The notes beneath the pieces are model-generated. The model was not told the origin of the DNA, searched no databases, and saw nothing but the letters and a program-made list of their open reading frames with translations. Made by a program: the position numbers and the translations under genes. Below, piece by piece: positions 62,922 to 64,000 of a DNA stretch of 64,000 nt. The stretch is from Candidatus Methylacidiphilales bacterium (GTDB taxonomy: Bacteria > Verrucomicrobiota > Verrucomicrobiia > Methylacidiphilales > JANWVL01), in NCBI GenBank assembly GCA_025056655.1, contig JANWVL010000110.1, forward strand, positions 10,035-74,034. The letters run 5' to 3'. Each line of letters begins with the position of its first letter. Positions within the stretch are counted from its first letter, which is position 1.

Positions 62922-63574
62922 AAGTTCGATTCGACGACAAAACACAGGCTATCTTTGTGAGCTTATGCGTTCTCTTTATTAAAGCGCTCGGAAAGACCAT
63001 TCGCTTTCGATTCAACGATCCTCATCGAGTGAGAGAAAATCTGCCCCCGCATCCATACATTTTTGCGTTTTGGCATCGTTACATTCTCCTAATGCCAGTA
63101 GTCTACAAGATCTATGCGTCACTTTACGCGGGGGGTTATCCCCTTACAGTTTTGATCAGTCGAAGTCGGGATGGGGAATTCATCACTAAAGTCATCGAAC
63201 GATTTGGTCTTAGTGTGACTCGAGGATCAACACGGCGGCTGGGACATATCGCGTTTCGCCAGTTAATCACAAAGCTAAAAGAGGAATGTTGTGACGTAGC
63301 TTTCACACCTGATGGACCTCGTGGCCCGAGAGGTGAGGTTAAACCTGGTATCTTGTATTTAAGCCAGATGGAGGGTTTACCTATTATTCCAATCCGTCTG
63401 GAATATCGGCGATGCTGGACATTGAACTCTTGGGATCGTTTTGTGGTGCCTTGGCCTTTTACTTCTTGCACCATCCATGTAGGAAAGCCATTTGTAGTGC
63501 CTCGGAATGAAGACCTGATGCATTCCACGGCGAGTGAAGAAATGCTTAAATCTGCACTTGGTCCTGTCGACTAA
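62918..63574 (+). CDS. DUF374 / lysophospholipid acyltransferase-like protein
   Basis: FAFWHRYILLMP, LISRSRDGEFITKVIERFGLSVTRGST and AFTPDGPRGPRGEVKPGILYLSQMEGLPIIP are typical DUF374 blocks. It has an ATGA overlap with the MFS gene. Confidence 0.75.
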   Translation: MKVRFDDKTQAIFVSLCVLFIKALGKTIRFRFNDPHRVRENLPPHPYIFAFWHRYILLMPVVYKIYASLYAGGYPLTVLISRSRDGEFITKVIERFGLSVTRGSTRRLGHIAFRQLITKLKEECCDVAFTPDGPRGPRGEVKPGILYLSQMEGLPIIPIRLEYRRCWTLNSWDRFVVPWPFTSCTIHVGKPFVVPRNEDLMHSTASEEMLKSALGPVD

Positions 63575-63606
63575 GACTTTCGTGATGTGGATACAAGGAC
63601 AGCACT

Positions 63607-64000
63607 CGTGAAAATCGCATATCATCTTGTTCATTACGACATCCAGTTCCTTGAGTTAGAATGTCTCAAATTGATACGTAAATGGAAAACAGAAGATCCC
63701 TGGAGAGCTTGTCATCTCATCGTGCCTCATGAAACAGCGCGACAGCAGTGGAAACGCGCCTTGCATGGGCATTTTGCCTTTTATCTCAATATCGAAGTGT
63801 GGACACCCCAAGAACTCTTTGGTTACTTGCAAAGAAAATTCGATCCGCTTTCACGCAGACCATTTAGCCTGCAAGCCTGGAAATGGCTGATGCATGGTTA
63901 TTTCGAAGAACCACTTCACACAATCGAATCAGAGACGCTGCACCAGGGAATAAGTGATTTGAGTGAGGCGTTTCATCAGTTGATTTTCGCAGGGCATGAT
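63607..64000 (+). CDS. hypothetical protein, N-terminal fragment (continues beyond window)
   Basis: My translation from GTG at 63607, the first start after the in-frame TGA at 63583-63585, reads VKIAYHLVHYDIQFLELECLKLIRKWKTEDPWRACHLIVPHETARQQWKRALHGHF... The frame stays open to the window end. Family unknown. Confidence 0.4.

Noticed and set aside
1-64000. Search for CRISPR arrays, IS elements, transposases, integrases, toxin-antitoxin pairs, restriction-modification or other recognisable defence genes
   Set aside because: None seen. The only tandem repeat is the intragenic 27-nt repeat, and no ORF shows DDE, tyrosine or serine recombinase, Cas, or nuclease/methylase hallmarks.

Overview
Dense, mostly housekeeping chromosomal segment of about 50% GC. 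I support 55 coding regions, one tRNA, one tandem repeat, one candidate origin region and two intrinsic terminators. I saw no rRNA, CRISPR array, transposase, integrase or prophage genes. The protein repertoire suggests a PVC or Verrucomicrobia-type bacterium: a PEP-CTERM protein, sigma-54, RNase HIII, several polytopic glycosyltransferase-like proteins with TPR tails, and a filamentous-hemagglutinin-type giant exoprotein. That taxonomic call is inference only. Recognisable content includes pdhAB, thiD, apaG, a rhodanese/MauE pair, a Ser/Thr kinase, a contiguous dnaK-groES-groEL block, mazG-pyrE-mutY, rnhC and cdaA-glmM. It also includes rpoN, dnaA with a 0.5-kb non-coding leader carrying DnaA-box-like sites, fur, miaB, clpC and tRNA-Pro(UGG). 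A long co-directional array follows (pgsA, der, REC-histidine kinase, lspA fusion, hisC, tyrA, aroA-cmk, plsC, lysS, MFS) with several ATGA stop/start overlaps. The ORF track translates GTG and TTG starts as M, so I moved several starts to the first plausible ATG. Items most worth a second look: (1) LspA fused in frame to a GspI-like pseudopilin with an intact G|F...E5 prepilin site. (2) A 51-aa ORF missing from the track, lying between cdaA and glmM, that resembles only the N-terminal membrane helix of CdaR. (3) A PanD homologue lacking the Gly-Ser self-processing site. (4) An orphan 1787-aa TpsA-type exoprotein with a 27-nt tandem repeat, an unrecognised C-terminal region, and no TpsB gene. 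(5) A strong block-wise C-versus-G strand asymmetry that changes several times in 64 kb and does not simply follow gene orientation. I found no classical defence island or mobile system.
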